A stretch of 63,425 nucleotides of DNA, counting the filler, from Reclinomonas americana ATCC 50394 (Eukaryota): the NCBI GenBank assembly GCA_048213135.1. It is 17 parts of 17 records of this genome, joined end to end, with 100 filler letters (N's around TTAATTAATTAA, not from the genome) between each part and the next. Parts side by side here need not be neighbours in the genome. Positions count along the whole stretch, not along the records: positions 14,175 to 15,983 come from AFZH01021256.1; positions 16,084 to 21,738 come from AFZH01021257.1; positions 21,839 to 24,184 come from AFZH01021258.1; positions 24,285 to 28,740 come from AFZH01021259.1; 13 more parts are not named here. The stretch is one strand, 5' to 3'. A model generated the notes under the pieces. It ran no database searches. It saw nothing but the letters and a program-made list of their open reading frames with translations, and was not told where the DNA came from. Numbering within the stretch: position 1 is the first letter of the stretch; each line of letters starts with the position of its first letter. The position numbers and the translations under genes were made by a program. Shown one piece after another: positions 14,801-27,924 of this stretch.

Positions 14801-15815
14801 AACGCGAGATAGCAGTGAACGAGGAGCATGGGGAGAACGGAACACCGAGTTCTCCTTGCTCTCAATCCTCTCTTCCCACGCTTCCACTCACCCTTGTGTT
14901 CACTCCGCCAACCATGTGCGACGGTGGCCGCCCGCCAGAAGCGCCTTGAGCTGGTGGTGGAGGTGGTGCGGGCGCAGGAACGCCAGTCTCCCGCGCCGAG
15001 TCGTAGAGGAGGATGTTGCCGGAGACTCGGGTGCCTTGGAAGAGCTGTGGGAAGCGGGGGAAGGAAGGTGAAGGGGAGGGGTGAGGTGAAGGGTGAGGAA
15101 GGGGAGGGTGAGGGGTGAGGGGTGACGGGTGATGAAGGGGAAGGGGTGATGAAGGGGAAGGGAGGAGTGGTGGGGGAGGGAAGGGAGAGGTGAGGGGTGA
15201 GGGGTGAGGGACAGGGAAAGAGGGAGGAAGGGAACGGAGGCAAGAGTGATTACTGACAACACGGATGGGGGAGGCGAGAAGGAAGGGTAAAGAGAAGAGG
15301 AGAGAAGGCGAGGGGGAGAAAGCGCGAGGACTAAGGGAGGGAGAAGAAGAATGATTGATGGAACGCTCGCACACAGACAGCACTCATCGAGTGTGTGTCC
15401 CTGCGCGTCAGCACTCACCAGTGTTCGGAAGTCATCGGCCTCGAGGTGAAATGGCAATGCAGCTCTGTGCGCACAAGCAAACACACAGTGAGAGAGAGAG
15501 GGAGGGAGGGACAGAGAGAAGAAGAAGAAGATGATTGTGGTTGCAGAGAAGAGAGATGGAGACAAGAGAGGAAATGAGTGCTTCCGAGCGAGTGTGTGTG
15601 CGAGAGTGAGAAAGAGTGTGTGTGAGAGAGAGTGGCAGAGAGAATGAGAGAAAGAGAGAGAGACACACACACACAAGAGAGGGGAGAGTGTGTGCAAGTT
15701 AGAGAAAGGTGGAACCTAAAGTACTCAAGGCGACAACTTAGGCGCCACTAGAAGGATGTGTGAGAGTGAGTGAGAGAGAGAGAGAGAGAGAGCGCGCGAG
15801 AGAGAGAGAGAGAGT

Positions 15816-15878
<63 letters not shown>

Positions 15879-16111
15879 AGAGAGAGAGGTAGAGAGGTAG
15901 ACGTAGTGACGACGAGAGAGAATAAAGTAAGAAGACGTAGACGAAGTAACGGTAGTCGTACGCGTTACGTCGTACGTACCGGANNNNNNNNNNNNNNNNN
16001 NNNNNNNNNNNNNNNNNNNNNNNNNNNTTAATTAATTAANNNNNNNNNNNNNNNNNNNNNNNNNNNNNNNNNNNNNNNNNNNNTACGTACGTACGAGACG
16101 AGAGAGACGAG

Positions 16112-16181
<70 letters not shown>

Positions 16182-16352
16182 AAGAGAGAGAGAGAGAGAG
16201 CAAAGACACGTCAGTCAACTCCACACAGAGCTCCTCTCTGAGCATCTTCCCTCCCTCCCTCTCTCTCCCTTCCGACTCAACTGTAGACTGCTCTCTGCGC
16301 GTCCACCAGCGCCTCCGCTGAACTGATCGCCGCGGGAGCCCTTGGCGCCCAT
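6251..16352 (-). CDS. FNIP: Folliculin-interacting protein (FNIP/Lst4 family), multi-exon, spans four gaps
   Basis: Spliced motifs match FNIP blocks in the right order: FRTL|LFQGTRVSGNILLYDS (N-terminal longin), HPVWLEM, LLTLSVTAVLSHHRSWM, AQVLELFG, VRIVVVGGDRPLVLQLLKALSFFVR, GYSLFGGYGDTYCPELVLQG, ACCIVIDTDDNTVEV, SPYVASMF..LLEHFEDRLADLFSK..VLDVLGVTVEDIDFL. ATG at 16352 (MGAKGS..), stop at 6251-6253. Confidence 0.85.
6583..6682. other. Assembly gap with artificial six-frame-stop linker (first of 16)
   Basis: N-run + TTAATTAATTAA + N-run, 100 bp in total, repeated identically at every gap. Confidence 0.97.
10700..11630. repeat. GA-rich 20-bp minisatellite in an FNIP intron
   Basis: Dozens of gagaggaagagcgagacaac / gagagaaagagcgagacaac units. 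Confidence 0.9.
11960..12240. repeat. 16-bp minisatellite in an FNIP intron
   Basis: gaaggagatgggcgaa / gcaggagatgggcgaa units. Confidence 0.9.
12860..13620. repeat. Degenerate tandem repeat, about 120 bp unit (intronic)
   Basis: Recurring cgctaacggcacaggccaagg..ccctcacaaa..acttcatca..gcacccgctg..ctcactgcaacggcggcc blocks. Confidence 0.65.
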
Positions 16353-18299
16353 ACTGTTTGTATCAAAAAAAGAGACTGACGTCGCAGGACAGATGATGTT
16401 CCTGTGCGGGTGACGCGCGTGCGTGCAGCGAGAGAGGAGGAGAAGGCTCAGTGCGTGTGATCTAGTTGCAACAGAGGCGTGGGCAGCTCTTGCAATCCTC
16501 GTGTTGCAAAAAATCTCCGTGGACGTTGACGGAAGTTTGTGCTCGTCGCTGTGTTGTGGCAACAACGGGAAGGTTGGAGACAACGTGCGTGTGTTCTTAT
16601 TGTACTACAGAAGCCCGCTCGAGTGCCACCCTTGCAATCCTCGTGTTGCAATGCATGTCCGCGGGACGTCGAAGTTTTTTTGTTGTGTTCTTCGCGGTGT
16701 CGTGGCGACAAGGGGAGCTCTCTCTTTGTGACATGATCTCCTCTCTTGCATGTCTTCATCGCTTTGGTCTGTTTCTCTCGTTTGCGAGCACGCGACACTC
16801 TTGCGTCCATAAGAGAGAGAGAGAGAGAGAGAAAAAAGCAGAACTCACACTCCTCTCTCCCTCGCGCGCTCTCTCTCTCACACACACAGAAACTTGCAGA
16901 CCAATGTTCATGATTCCTCAGACGGAGGGTGTCTCTCTCTCCCGCGTTCTATCCTCTCCTTTCTCTCTCCCTCTCTCTCACACACACACACACATGCAGA
17001 CATATGTTCAGCTTCTCTCTCTCTCTACCTCTTCCTCCCTCCCTCCCTCCCTCCTCCCTCTACTCCCCTCTTGCCTCTTTTGCCTCCCTTTACCTCTTTT
17101 CGCTTTACCTCATTCGTCAAGATATCGACAGATTGTTCGCGCGTGTTCTGCGAACAATCCTCTTCCCTCTTTCTCTCTCTCTCTCCCTCCCTCTCACCAC
17201 CCGCGCACCAACCCGCATGTTGCATGCACACTTCCTCGCGCGTTTATTCTTCTCCCTCCGCCAGCAAGTCGTATTTCCGAGCGTGGATATTCAAGGGGTC
17301 ATTGCCCGTCGTCCTGCAACGCGCGCAACGCGCAATGCACAACAGGCAGTGTGTGGAGGAGGAAGCTAGCAGCAGCATTCGACAACACACGCGCATCACC
17401 ATGCGCGGGAAACAGCAACCCGGCCTTGCAGCAAGTCGCACACGCAACGCGCGATATATTCGAACGCAGACCAGCAGGCAGCAGCAGCACGACCCGTTTC
17501 CCTCAAGCTCCTCGCACTGAAACCAAGCACGTGCTGTCGGAGAAGAGAAATGCAGACTGCGTGGACGTGGTTGGACTCGATCATCAAGACAGCTGTTGCG
17601 TGTTGCGTTGGAAAAGAATATCTGTCACTACTTGCGCCACGAAATCCTTTCACGCGTTTGCCTCCTGAAAGGGAAGATGACTTGTTGGAGCAGATTATTA
17701 TCTATGTGTTTTTATGTTGTTGGTGTGCCTGTCAGCAAGGAATTTGTTGGCGTTTGTCGCATTATTGGAATGTGGTGAATGAATTGTTATGTTTTTTTGT
17801 ATATTGTTGGTTTGTGTCAAGCATGTGGTGAATGAAGTGTTTTGTTTGTTAGTGCTCACAACAGCAACGCAGCGAGGTGGAGCCACCAGCATGTTTCGAT
17901 ATTTCAATTTGGCAAGTATGAGTCTCGCGTCGCAAATACGCAACTCCGCCAGCTCGCCTCCCGAGTTCGTGCAGACACACACGCATGCACATGCACAGTC
18001 GTGGAAAAAAAAGTAACGCGCGCGCGCTTCCGGACACGTACAAGCGAATACGTACATAAAAAACGAATAAAGAAAAAACTCGCAGCTGCAAAGAAAGCGA
18101 AAGCACACAACAACAACATGCGCATACGTGAGAGCAGCAAAGAAACAAACAAGACAGTGCGTGCGCGAAAAAAACTAAATGGCCGCCAGAAATCGGACCA
18201 CCTCGCGAGCACGACTGCACACCACACGCGCACGAGAGAGAGGCAAGGCAGGACACACACACGCAGCGTTTGTGTGTGTGTGTGTGTAAGCCCGCCACC

Positions 18300-19956
18300 A
18301 TGGGATCATGCGCGTCACTGGGCACGCGCGAATCATACGCCGTTCTCCCTGTCCGGCAACAACAACACGAGGCGCCTCCTCCTCCTTCTGCCGTGACTGC
18401 GCTCACTGCGGCGGCTGGTCCGCGTCCGCCACATGTGCGGCGCTCGCGCTCGGTGTGGCGCGGGCCGTTTTCTCCAACGTCGCCTTCTGCTCAGCAGCAG
18501 CAGCAGCAGCAACCGCCGCCGGTGATGTCATCCTCGGGTGAGTGCGTGCGTGAGAAGAGTGCAACGCGCGGGGTTTTCGCGTGTTCAGTTTTTTCTTTCT
18601 CTCTCTCTCTGTCTATTTATGTTTGGTGTGTGAGAGAGAGAGAGCGCGCGTCTGTGTGTACAGTGGTGTGTGTGAGTGCGTCTGTGAGCGGAGCAAACAT
18701 ACTCGATTTGTGAGTGCTAGAGTGAGAGCCGATTTCTCTTTTCTTTTCTTGTTTTCTCTCGTGTTTTGTTGCTCGGACCTTGCACTGTCTTACACACTCT
18801 TCTCCTGCTTTTTCCTTCTCTCTCTCGTGCTTTTTTGTTTTTTCTCTTGTGCGGTTCGATATGTGTTGGTGCTGAAAAGCGCGTGGACGATGATTCCTTT
18901 TTTAACCATGTGAGGCGCGCGTTGTTTTTTTTTTGTAGTTGTGTAAAGTGAGTGCGAGAGTGTGTGTGTGGCAGAGAGTGAGAGAGTGTGAGTGCATCTT
19001 ATTTCCGTTTTGCTTGCTCTGTCAGTGCTGCATCACTGTGTGGTGGTATCTCACTCGTCTGTTTCTCTGTTTCCCTGTCTCTGTTTCTGTGTGTCTTGTC
19101 TCTCTTTGTCTCCCTCCTTGTGTGTCAGTTGATCGTTTGTTTCCGATCTGTGTCTGCATTTCTGCAATACGCGTTGTGAGCATCTTTTTTTCTCCCTTTT
19201 GTCTCTCTCGCGCTCGTCTCTCTCGCTCCGCATGGCCTGCAATTGCTTGACTTGTTGCCTACTTTCATCTGCTGCTCCGCATATCCCTCTTTGTCGTGCT
19301 TGTGGTCCTCGTCTGTCTTCTCTGCACTCCATTTCGTGCTCTTCTTGCTCGTCTCAAGCTCTTCTCTTCCGCTCTCCTCGTGCACTCCCTTCTCTTTCTC
19401 TTCCTCTTCCTCGTCCTTCCGCCACTGTTCCACTTTCTACTCATCATGCTTCCATGCTCTTCTCCTGCACTGTCCTCGCCCTCGCCCAGCTCTTCTTTCT
19501 CTTCCTCTTCTTCTCCTCCTGCTCCCGCCACTGCTCCCCCTTCTTCTCCTCATGTTTCCATCCCGTGCATTTCTCCTCCGCTGTCCTCGTGCACTCCCTT
19601 CTCTTCTTCCTCTTCAACTCCTCCGTCTTTCTACTCCTCGCGTTTCCATCCCGTGCTCTTCTCCTGCGCTGTCCTCGCCCTCGCCCTCGCCCTGCGCTTC
19701 TTCCTCTTGCTCTTCTGCTCCTCCCCCACCCTTCCATTCCATGCTCTTCTCCTGCATTGTCCCCTTCTCTACTCCTCTTCCTCTTCCTCTTCCACTCCTC
19801 CTCCTTCCGCCTCTTATCCTCTTCCTGCCTTACTTCTCCCCTCCTCTCCATTTCTCTTTCCTTGCTCTTGTATCTGCTGCTGTCTTCTTCCTCTTTTCTC
19901 AACCATTCACGCTCTCCTCCTCTTCTCCTGCTTCTCTTGATATCAACTTTGAAGCA

Positions 19957-19993
<37 letters not shown>

Positions 19994-22900
19994 TTATCTT
20001 TCCCAGCCCCTCTGTCGCTCTTCTCACCATCCACAAGCATCCTCACCTTGCCTCTTCCTCTCCTCATCCACAATCATCCTCATCTTGCCTCTTCGTGTCC
20101 TCTCTCTCTTTCTTTCAACATAGGCAGCCACGCTCACGCTCTTCTCATGCTACACACCATCCACAAGCCTCCGCATCATGCCTCTTCCTCTCCTCGTTTG
20201 TCCTCCCTCTTCTTCTTCTTTTTTGGCATCAAGTTTGCATCCCTCTCTGTCATCCGTGCCAACCCCTCTCTCGTCCATGTGCTCCGTCCACAAACCGCCT
20301 CAACTCGCTTCTTCGTGTCCCCCTTGTTCCCCTTTTGATGTCTGTTTTTTGCATCACTATCTCTCTCTCTCCTTCTTTTGTATGCACACACACACACGCA
20401 CATTCTCGCCAGTCCCTCTCACTCTCTTCAATGGTACACAATGCCCATCAGCTTCCTCTCCTTCCCACTTAACCCACACTCCCGTTTCCCTTCTCCCTCT
20501 TTCTCCCTTCCTCCCCTCTCCCCTTTCCCTTTTACCCCTCCCGCCTCCCTCTCACCCCCTTTCCCTCTCACCCCCTTTCCCTCTCACCCCCTTTCCCTTT
20601 CACCCCATTCCCCTTTCACCCCCTTTCCCTTTCACCCCCTTTCCCTTTCACCCCCTTTCCCATTCACCCCCTTTCCCATTCACCCCCTTTCCCATTCACC
20701 CCCTTTCCCTTTCACCCCCTTTCCCTTACACCCCCTTTCCCTATTACCCCTTTCCCTTTCACCCCCTTTCCCTATTACCCCTTTCCCTTTCACCCCCTTT
20801 CCCTTTCACCCCCTTTCCCCCTTCCGCCCCTTCTCCCTCACACCCCCTTCTCCTTCTTCCCCCTTCCCCTCTCTGCAGCCTTCAGCCTCGGTGCCACCTC
20901 CTCCTCCTCCATGGCCTCACCCACCGGTCTGGCCAGCTGGACGACCCCACCAAACGCCACCGCCGCCGCACAAGCAGCAGCCAATGCATCATCGGCCGTT
21001 ACCACCACCACCGCCACAACTACAACCCCAGTGCTGCCCGTGGGGCAAAAGTCCGCCGCCGCCTCGCCACGCGCCACTGCCCCTCCACCGCCCCACCATC
21101 ACGGTCGACACAACACCATAACATCTTCTTCCACAACAGCGGCGGCGACAAGATCCCCTCGCGCCCCTCCACAGCAACAGCAGCAGCAACAGCAGCAGCA
21201 GTATGGGCGCCGCAAGGCCAGCATGCGAATCGGTCGCGTGCTGGACGCCATCGACACGGACGACGGTGCAGTTACCGAGTCGATGGCCGAAGTGGAGGCC
21301 GTGACCGACGACGCCACCGACATGGTGGTGCAAGAGGATGAGGACGACGACGACGATGATGATGATGATGTAGACTGCGGAGGTGGCGGTGATCGGTTGA
21401 TGGGTGCGACGGCCATGACTGCGGCCTCGCGGAGTGCGGCAGCGATTAACACTACCGCCGCCGCTCACATTGCCAGTCGCCAGTGGTCGTCGGGCACGGA
21501 GCGCGACGAGGACGACCAGGGCTTTGCGGATGCGCGACGCGCCTTCTCATTACACTCGTTGCTGTCGGCGCAAGTGGCGGAGAGCGTGTCGGTGCATTCG
21601 CCGCTGGCGGTGGCGGCCGCCGCACTGGCCCTGTCTGCGCGCGACCGTACCGGCAGCTTGTCCGTGGTGCCCGCCGCTCCTCCTCGCCGCCCTCACGGAC
21701 AGCGTGGTGCCAGCAATAGCGGCGGTGGCGGCGGTGGCNNNNNNNNNNNNNNNNNNNNNNNNNNNNNNNNNNNNNNNNNNNNTTAATTAATTAANNNNNN
21801 NNNNNNNNNNNNNNNNNNNNNNNNNNNNNNNNNNNNNNCAAAACGACAGTGGAAGACCTCACCGGCGCCTTCCAGCAGCAAGTGGATCGCAAGGTCAGCT
21901 GAGTGATCCTTTTTTTCTTGTTTCTACTCCTTTTGCTCATCTCCGTGACCACCGCAGTACAATGTGGAGAGTGGCCAGATGCTCTCCGACGACCGCGAAG
22001 TGAGTCTCACAGGCGCGGCCAAGACAGTTCCGCGCGCAGTTCTTCGCGATGCCGACGGAAATCGCCGGTAACATGCTCACTCGCACACCCCTCTTGGCTT
22101 GTGTATGTATGTATGGGAGGTATCTCATTCGTTCCTGCCTCCCTGCTCCAGCATTGTGAAGACTGTCAAGATGCCATTTGCCACCTCGCGTGACTTGCAC
22201 GCCATGCTCGGCATGGGCATTGACGAGACAGAGAACGCGCGACTGGCGGACGAACTTGCCGAGGTTCAGATACAGAATGTCTCTCTCTCTCTGCCTCCCT
22301 CTCTCACCCAGTCCTCACTTGTTTCACTGACCAAGGCTCGAGCACAACGCGGTCGCGAGGACGCACATGAGAGCGACAAGACCGAGTTCCTCGCCGCTGT
22401 CTCACATGAGGTGCGTGTAGAAAGAAAGAAGGAGAAGAAGGCAAGATTCGTTTTTATTGGTTGTCTGCAAAACACAAACTCTCGCGCTTCGTCTCTTCTG
22501 TGCTTGTCGCACTCGTTGTTCACTACTATCTTGTCATGTGTGCGCGCGTGTGTGTGCTGGCGGAGAGAGTCCAAAGATGTGCGGTGTCCACTTGTCTAGT
22601 TTCTCACCACGGTTTTCTTCATTTGGTCTTGTCTTACCGCCCCTTCTTTGTCTCATACACACAGATTCGCACGCCATTGAATGGCTTGCTCGGCATCCTG
22701 CAAATCCTGCAGAATGACCTCTCTGTCGAAAAGTCGGCCGAGGCCACCGAGGTGTGAACATGCTCGTTGTGTGTGATTGCAGCTCAGAAACGGGACTTTC
22801 TAATTCTTTTTTCCTTTTTCCCCTTTTCCCTTTCTTGCAGCTTCTCAAGCTCGCCATGCAGTGCGGTTGCAATCTGCAGTCGCTACTTGACTCGCATCTC

Positions 22901-25900
22901 GATCTGGTGAAAATGGAGGCTGGCAAGGTGTGTGCGCCTTCGTTGGTCATTACTTTTACAACAGGTGACACTGACCCTCTTTTACAGACACTGTTGCAAC
23001 CGGAGGAGTTCTCCATCGACAGTCTCATTCGTGAGATTGCGGACTCGTTCAGTGCCGAGTGTGAGTCGAGGAGAGTGCAACTGCTGTTGCTGGTGGCGCC
23101 GCAAGTGCCGCGGCAGTTGTTTGCCGACCGGCTAAAATTGCGCCAGGTGCGTTGTGCGACAAGGAAGGATGAAGAAAGGAAGGAGGTTTTGTGTCGCTGA
23201 CGACTGCGCAGATTTTGATCAACTTGGTATCCAATGCGCTGCGCCACACTGTGCAAGGGAGTGTGCTTGTGCGCGTAGATAGAAGTAGTGTTCCCCTAAT
23301 CATTCCGCCCTCGGTACGTGACTGTTTATTGGGGCCGCGTTCTTGCGCTGCTTGTGTTCCACCGTCTTGGCACTCTGTCACTGCCGTTGCCAGTGTGCCT
23401 CTGCTTTCTGTCGTTTCTCTCTCATATCGATTATTTGTTTCTCGCTGAATCTTGCTCTCTCTTTCTGATGCCACTCATTCATCGTCTCAGTTTGCCGCTT
23501 CCTCTCTCTCTCTCTCCTCCTCTTCTCTTGTCATTCCTTGTGCTGTCTCTCTCAAATCAATTCTGTTTGTTGTCATTGTCACGCTGTTTCTTGCTCTCTT
23601 GTCGGTTCACACTTTTCCAGGTCACTTCGTTTCTTGCTGTTGTTGATTCACCGTCTGGCTTCGCCCTGTCTCCGTCCGTTCTCCTGTAACTTATTCTCTC
23701 GAGTCGTGTTTGGTTGTGATTGTCTCGCTGTATCTTGCTCTCTCTTATTGACTGTTGCTGTTTTTCCTCTCCCTCCTCTTCTCCAGTCTGTTGTTGGTTG
23801 CCTTCTCACTCTTTCTTCGTCTCCTCTCTCCCTCTCTCTCTCCACTGTCGCGTTTGATTGTACTGTCTCGCTGTGTCTCGCAGTCTCATTCTGATTTTCT
23901 CTCTCGCATCGCTCCGCTCTCTCTCCGTGTGTTGCCATGTCTCTCTGTGCTGTCAGAGAAGGTGTGCTTCCGTTGGAACGGAGGTGCACTCGCCACTCTC
24001 CCTTTCCTTCCCCCCTCCCGCCCTCATTCCTTTATCTAGTCGTCTGACCGCCGCTGCGCACACAGGTTGATAATCTGAGTGCGCCACTGGAGACGTCCAC
24101 CGATAATGTTGTGGTCACCGTGCGCGACACCGGCGAGGGTATTCCTGTTGAACAGTTGCCATTCATCTTTAATAAGGTGAGTGGNNNNNNNNNNNNNNNN
24201 NNNNNNNNNNNNNNNNNNNNNNNNNNNNTTAATTAATTAANNNNNNNNNNNNNNNNNNNNNNNNNNNNNNNNNNNNNNNNNNNNGGAGCAGCGAGAGGAG
24301 GGAACAGCGAGAGGAGGGAGCAGCGAGAGGAGGGAGCAGCAAGAAGTGCAACAGAGAAGAGAGACGCAGATTGAGAAAAAGAGAAAACGTCCTTTTCTTC
24401 CTTTCGCTTTGACACCCTTTTCTGACTCCTTTCCCCCCTTTCCGCGCAGGCGAAATCAACGTCTCCAGCAAGCTCAGCGAGGGCACGACGGTCACCTGCG
24501 TGTTCCCCCGATGGGCGCTGGAACAGACCAGGCCTGTGCCACTCACGGCACGCTCGCTCAGCGACCACTCTGCGCTGGTGCGTGATCCCAGTTATTACGC
24601 CGTCTCCTTAATCAGGACTCATTCATCTATTCTCCCCCCGCAGATGCACTCGGTGTCAACGGGTTTGGCCAACGCACCCGAATTGCGGCGGACCACCAGC
24701 ACACCGGGACAGGTGGAACCGGCCTCCGTGTCACGACCGCGCCGCCAGACGCTGCTCGCCTCGGACGACACCGCACGCGGCACGCCGCCACCGATTGCCG
24801 GCGCGCCACGCATGTTTATCGACAGTCAGCAGCAGCCTTCATCGCCAACGCTCACGCCCACCTCGTCGTCGTCAAACATGTATCAGCTGGCGCCGAATCC
24901 GTTCTTGCGCAAGTCGGTGCTGCTCGTGTGCCCGCAATGGGCGGAGCGCATGAATTCGTCGGCCGAGTTCATGCTCGAGTGGCTGGAGCAGTGCCAGCCG
25001 TCGCGCGTCGAGGCCATTTCCGATCCGCTGTCGTTCTTCTCGCAGCGCACACGAGCGGCGCACCAGGACTCAGACGCCCTGGCCTCCATGCTCAAGAAGA
25101 CCGAGGTCGCCGCCAGTGTCTACAGCGACAGTTTTGGCGGCGGCGACACGACGGCCACCAGTGTGTCGCGGGCCAACAGTATTCTGTTGCCGCGTCTCGG
25201 CAGCTCGCCGCCACTGCTCGGCGATCGGCGCAAGACGTGGGATTTTGTGTTGGTCGACGCGGAGATGCTGGAGTCGGTGATTTCGTCGGCGGCGCAGGTC
25301 GCCGCCGCGTTCCCCACCGGTGCGGGGGAGATGAGTCCGTTGCCGCCAGTGGCACAGCCGCCGCAGTGGAAGGAGCTGTGCAGGGCGGCGCGTGTGATTC
25401 TCGTGGTGTTGCCGTTGTTGGCGGGCGCGGCGCGAGATGTGAGTGGCAGTGCGGGAAAGGGGGAGGGGTGGGGAAAGGGAGAGGAGGAGAAGGGGAGGGG
25501 TGGGAAAGGGAAAGGGTGAGAAGGAAGAAGGGGGAAAGGGAGAGAAGGAGAGTAGGGAGAGAGGGGTTAGAGAGAGAGAGTGCAACGAAGAATGAGTAAG
25601 AGGAATGAGTGAGCAGAGCGGAGCGAAGCAGTGAGTGAGCAGAGCGGAGCGAAGCAGTGAGTGAGCAGAGCGGAGCGAAGCAGTGAGTGAGCAGAGCGGA
25701 GCGAAGCAGTGAGTGAGCAGAGCGGAGCGAAGGAATGAGTGAGCAAAGCGGAGCGAAGGAATGAGTGAGCAAAGCGGAGCGAAGGAATGAGTGAGCAAAG
25801 CGGAGCGAAGCAGTGAGTGAGCAGAGCGGAGCGAAGCAGTGAGTGAGCAGAGCGGAGCGAAGGAATGAGTGAGCAGAGTGGAGCGAGGCACAGGAAAGGG

Positions 25901-27772
25901 AGCATTGCTTCGCTCACCCTTCTCTTCTCTGCAGGCCATTGACAGCCTGCTGGTATCTGAAGGCTCCTCGCCTGCAACGATTCGCTACGTCAGCAAACCG
26001 GTGACGAGCGAGAAGATCACGTCTGCCTTGTCGGGAGTGGACGACGATTCGTCGTTGCATCCGGTTCTGCGTTCCACGTCGCTCACAGTTGCGTGTCGAC
26101 TTCCGCAATAATCCGCCGTGCACCTTCTTGCTGAAGCTTTCTTTCTTCGTGCGCAGTCGCATCTGCAGCACTCGCGTGTGCCGAAACAGGGTGCGCCTTC
26201 GGCAGCCTTCTCCGAGGTGGATCCGACCGACTCGCAAGTCGACGGCGGAGACCTGCCAAGTGTGACTCCATCGCCGAGTGTCTCTCCCCAGCCGGCGTCG
26301 CGCAGGACTCTGGTGACGGCGACCATGTGGCAGAGACCGCCACGGATTCTGGTGGTGGAGGACAATCGTGTTAATCAGAGAGGTAATTGGCGGGGAAAGG
26401 GAGAGGGAAAGAGAGGGAAGCAGCAAGAAGTAAGCGACGTCTGCATAATCTCGTTTCTGAGAGAGTTTGGAAATTGAGAAGGGCAGTCTCCTCACACCTC
26501 CTCTTCTTCTGTGTGCAGTCATTTGCCGCATGCTGTCGCAGCTGGGCTGTGACTACGAGGTGGCAGAGGATGGAGTCGAGGCTCTGGAAGTGCTGCAGCA
26601 AAAGTGGCCGTTTGACATGGTGTTTACGGATGTAATGGTTTGTGGATGAGGGATGCGGAGTGTGAGAAAGAGTGGGAAAGTGGAGAACTAGTGTGGGGCA
26701 GATTGGTGGGTGGAATAGAATGTGGGTGTAGCGCAGAGTGGGAAAGTGGAGAACAGCACTCTTGGGCAGAGTGGTGGGTGGGATAGCGTGTGGGAAGCGG
26801 CATGATGTAACGGTGGGAGAGGTCAGAGAAACAGAGCGTTGCACGAGTCAGAGAGTGGAAAAGGCACGTGCTCCAGAAGTGCAGCGCGAAGCTTGGTATT
26901 CTTGACAGTGTAGTGTGAGAGAGATTTAGTGGTCATCAGCGCTACTTTGCACGCTCCCGAGGTTGAGTTGGCCAGAGAAACTAAGTGGAACAACTACTGG
27001 ACTGCTGTGCATTATGGGGACTGAGAGTTGATTGGAAGAGTGGGAATGATGCAGCGACAAGACGGCTGTGCGCTCTGTCAGTGACGGCTGTGGAAGCAGA
27101 ACGTCGGCATTGTTAGTTGAGAAGAAATTGGCGCCCTGTGAGGCGAGTGATAGTGCGAGAGATTTTGAAGGAAAGGCGAGGATTTGCACGCAGAGGACGG
27201 AATGTGAGGGAAAAGCAGACCATCATCAAGGCGCCCTTGAGGCAATGAAGGAGAGACGAGGATTTGCACGCAGAGGAAGGAGTGCGAGGAATAAGCAGAC
27301 CATCACCAAGCCGCCCTTGAGACTTTGATGGAAATAGAAAGTAATGCGAGACCATCACGTGCGTTCGTACTTTCATCTCAGTGCTCTCTTGTCCCATTCC
27401 AGATGCCACGCATGAACGGCGACGAAGCCGCGCGCCGGATGCGTCAACTCGGTCCGCCGATGGGAGCGCTGCCAATCGTCGCTGTCTCCGCCCACAGTCT
27501 CGATAGGTGCTGCCTTGATGTGAACTTCGTTGCCTGTAGTTTCCCCAGCTTATCTCTCTGCCTTCCCACGCAGTGTCGAGAGCATGGACTCGGCGTTGGA
27601 CATGCGCCTCCTGAAACCAGTCCGCCACGATCAAGTCCGCGCCGCGCTCATGCAGTTCCTGACTCCTCTGCTGAATTCAAGTTCGACAACGGCAGCTGAA
27701 TCACCACCCGCGGCCTCCGCCACCCTTCCACCACCACTAGAACACTCGCGCAATGTTGTCACCCCCACATGA
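18300..27772 (+). CDS. Hybrid sensor histidine kinase (PAS-HisKA-HATPase-pseudo-receiver-receiver)
   Basis: ATG in cccgccaccATGg context. PAS/PAC-like DDREVSLTG..DADGNRRIVKTVKMPF..LGMGIDETE; H box KTEFLAAVSHE|IRTPLNGLLG; LLDSHLDLVKMEAGK; N box DRLKLRQ|ILINLVSNALRHT; G1 VRDTGEGIP..IF; GEINVSSKLSEGTT (G2 box lost in the gap at 24185). Receiver RILVVEDNRVNQ..FDMVFTDVM|MPRMNG..PIVAVSA..LLKPV. Stop at 27770-27772. Confidence 0.92.
25600..25885. repeat. About 24-bp minisatellite, about 11 copies, in a kinase intron
   Basis: gagtgagcagagcggagcgaagcagt / ..gaaggaat units. Confidence 0.9.
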
Positions 27773-27924
27773 CACAACAACCTTTATCCATTTCCTTTTT
27801 TGATTTTTGCCTCCCTGTCTCGCTGATTTAACTATTAAAAGTCGCGCACAATACACTATCTGGGTCGCCAAAGGACGTGTGGTCGACAGTGAGATTGGCA
27901 CTCTTTGTTCGAGAACACCGTTGT

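Noticed and set aside
15890..16110. tacgtacg/acgt-rich sequence at contig ends (also 1-110 and 28670-28935)
   Set aside because: It resembles low-quality pyrosequencing flow-order noise next to gaps.
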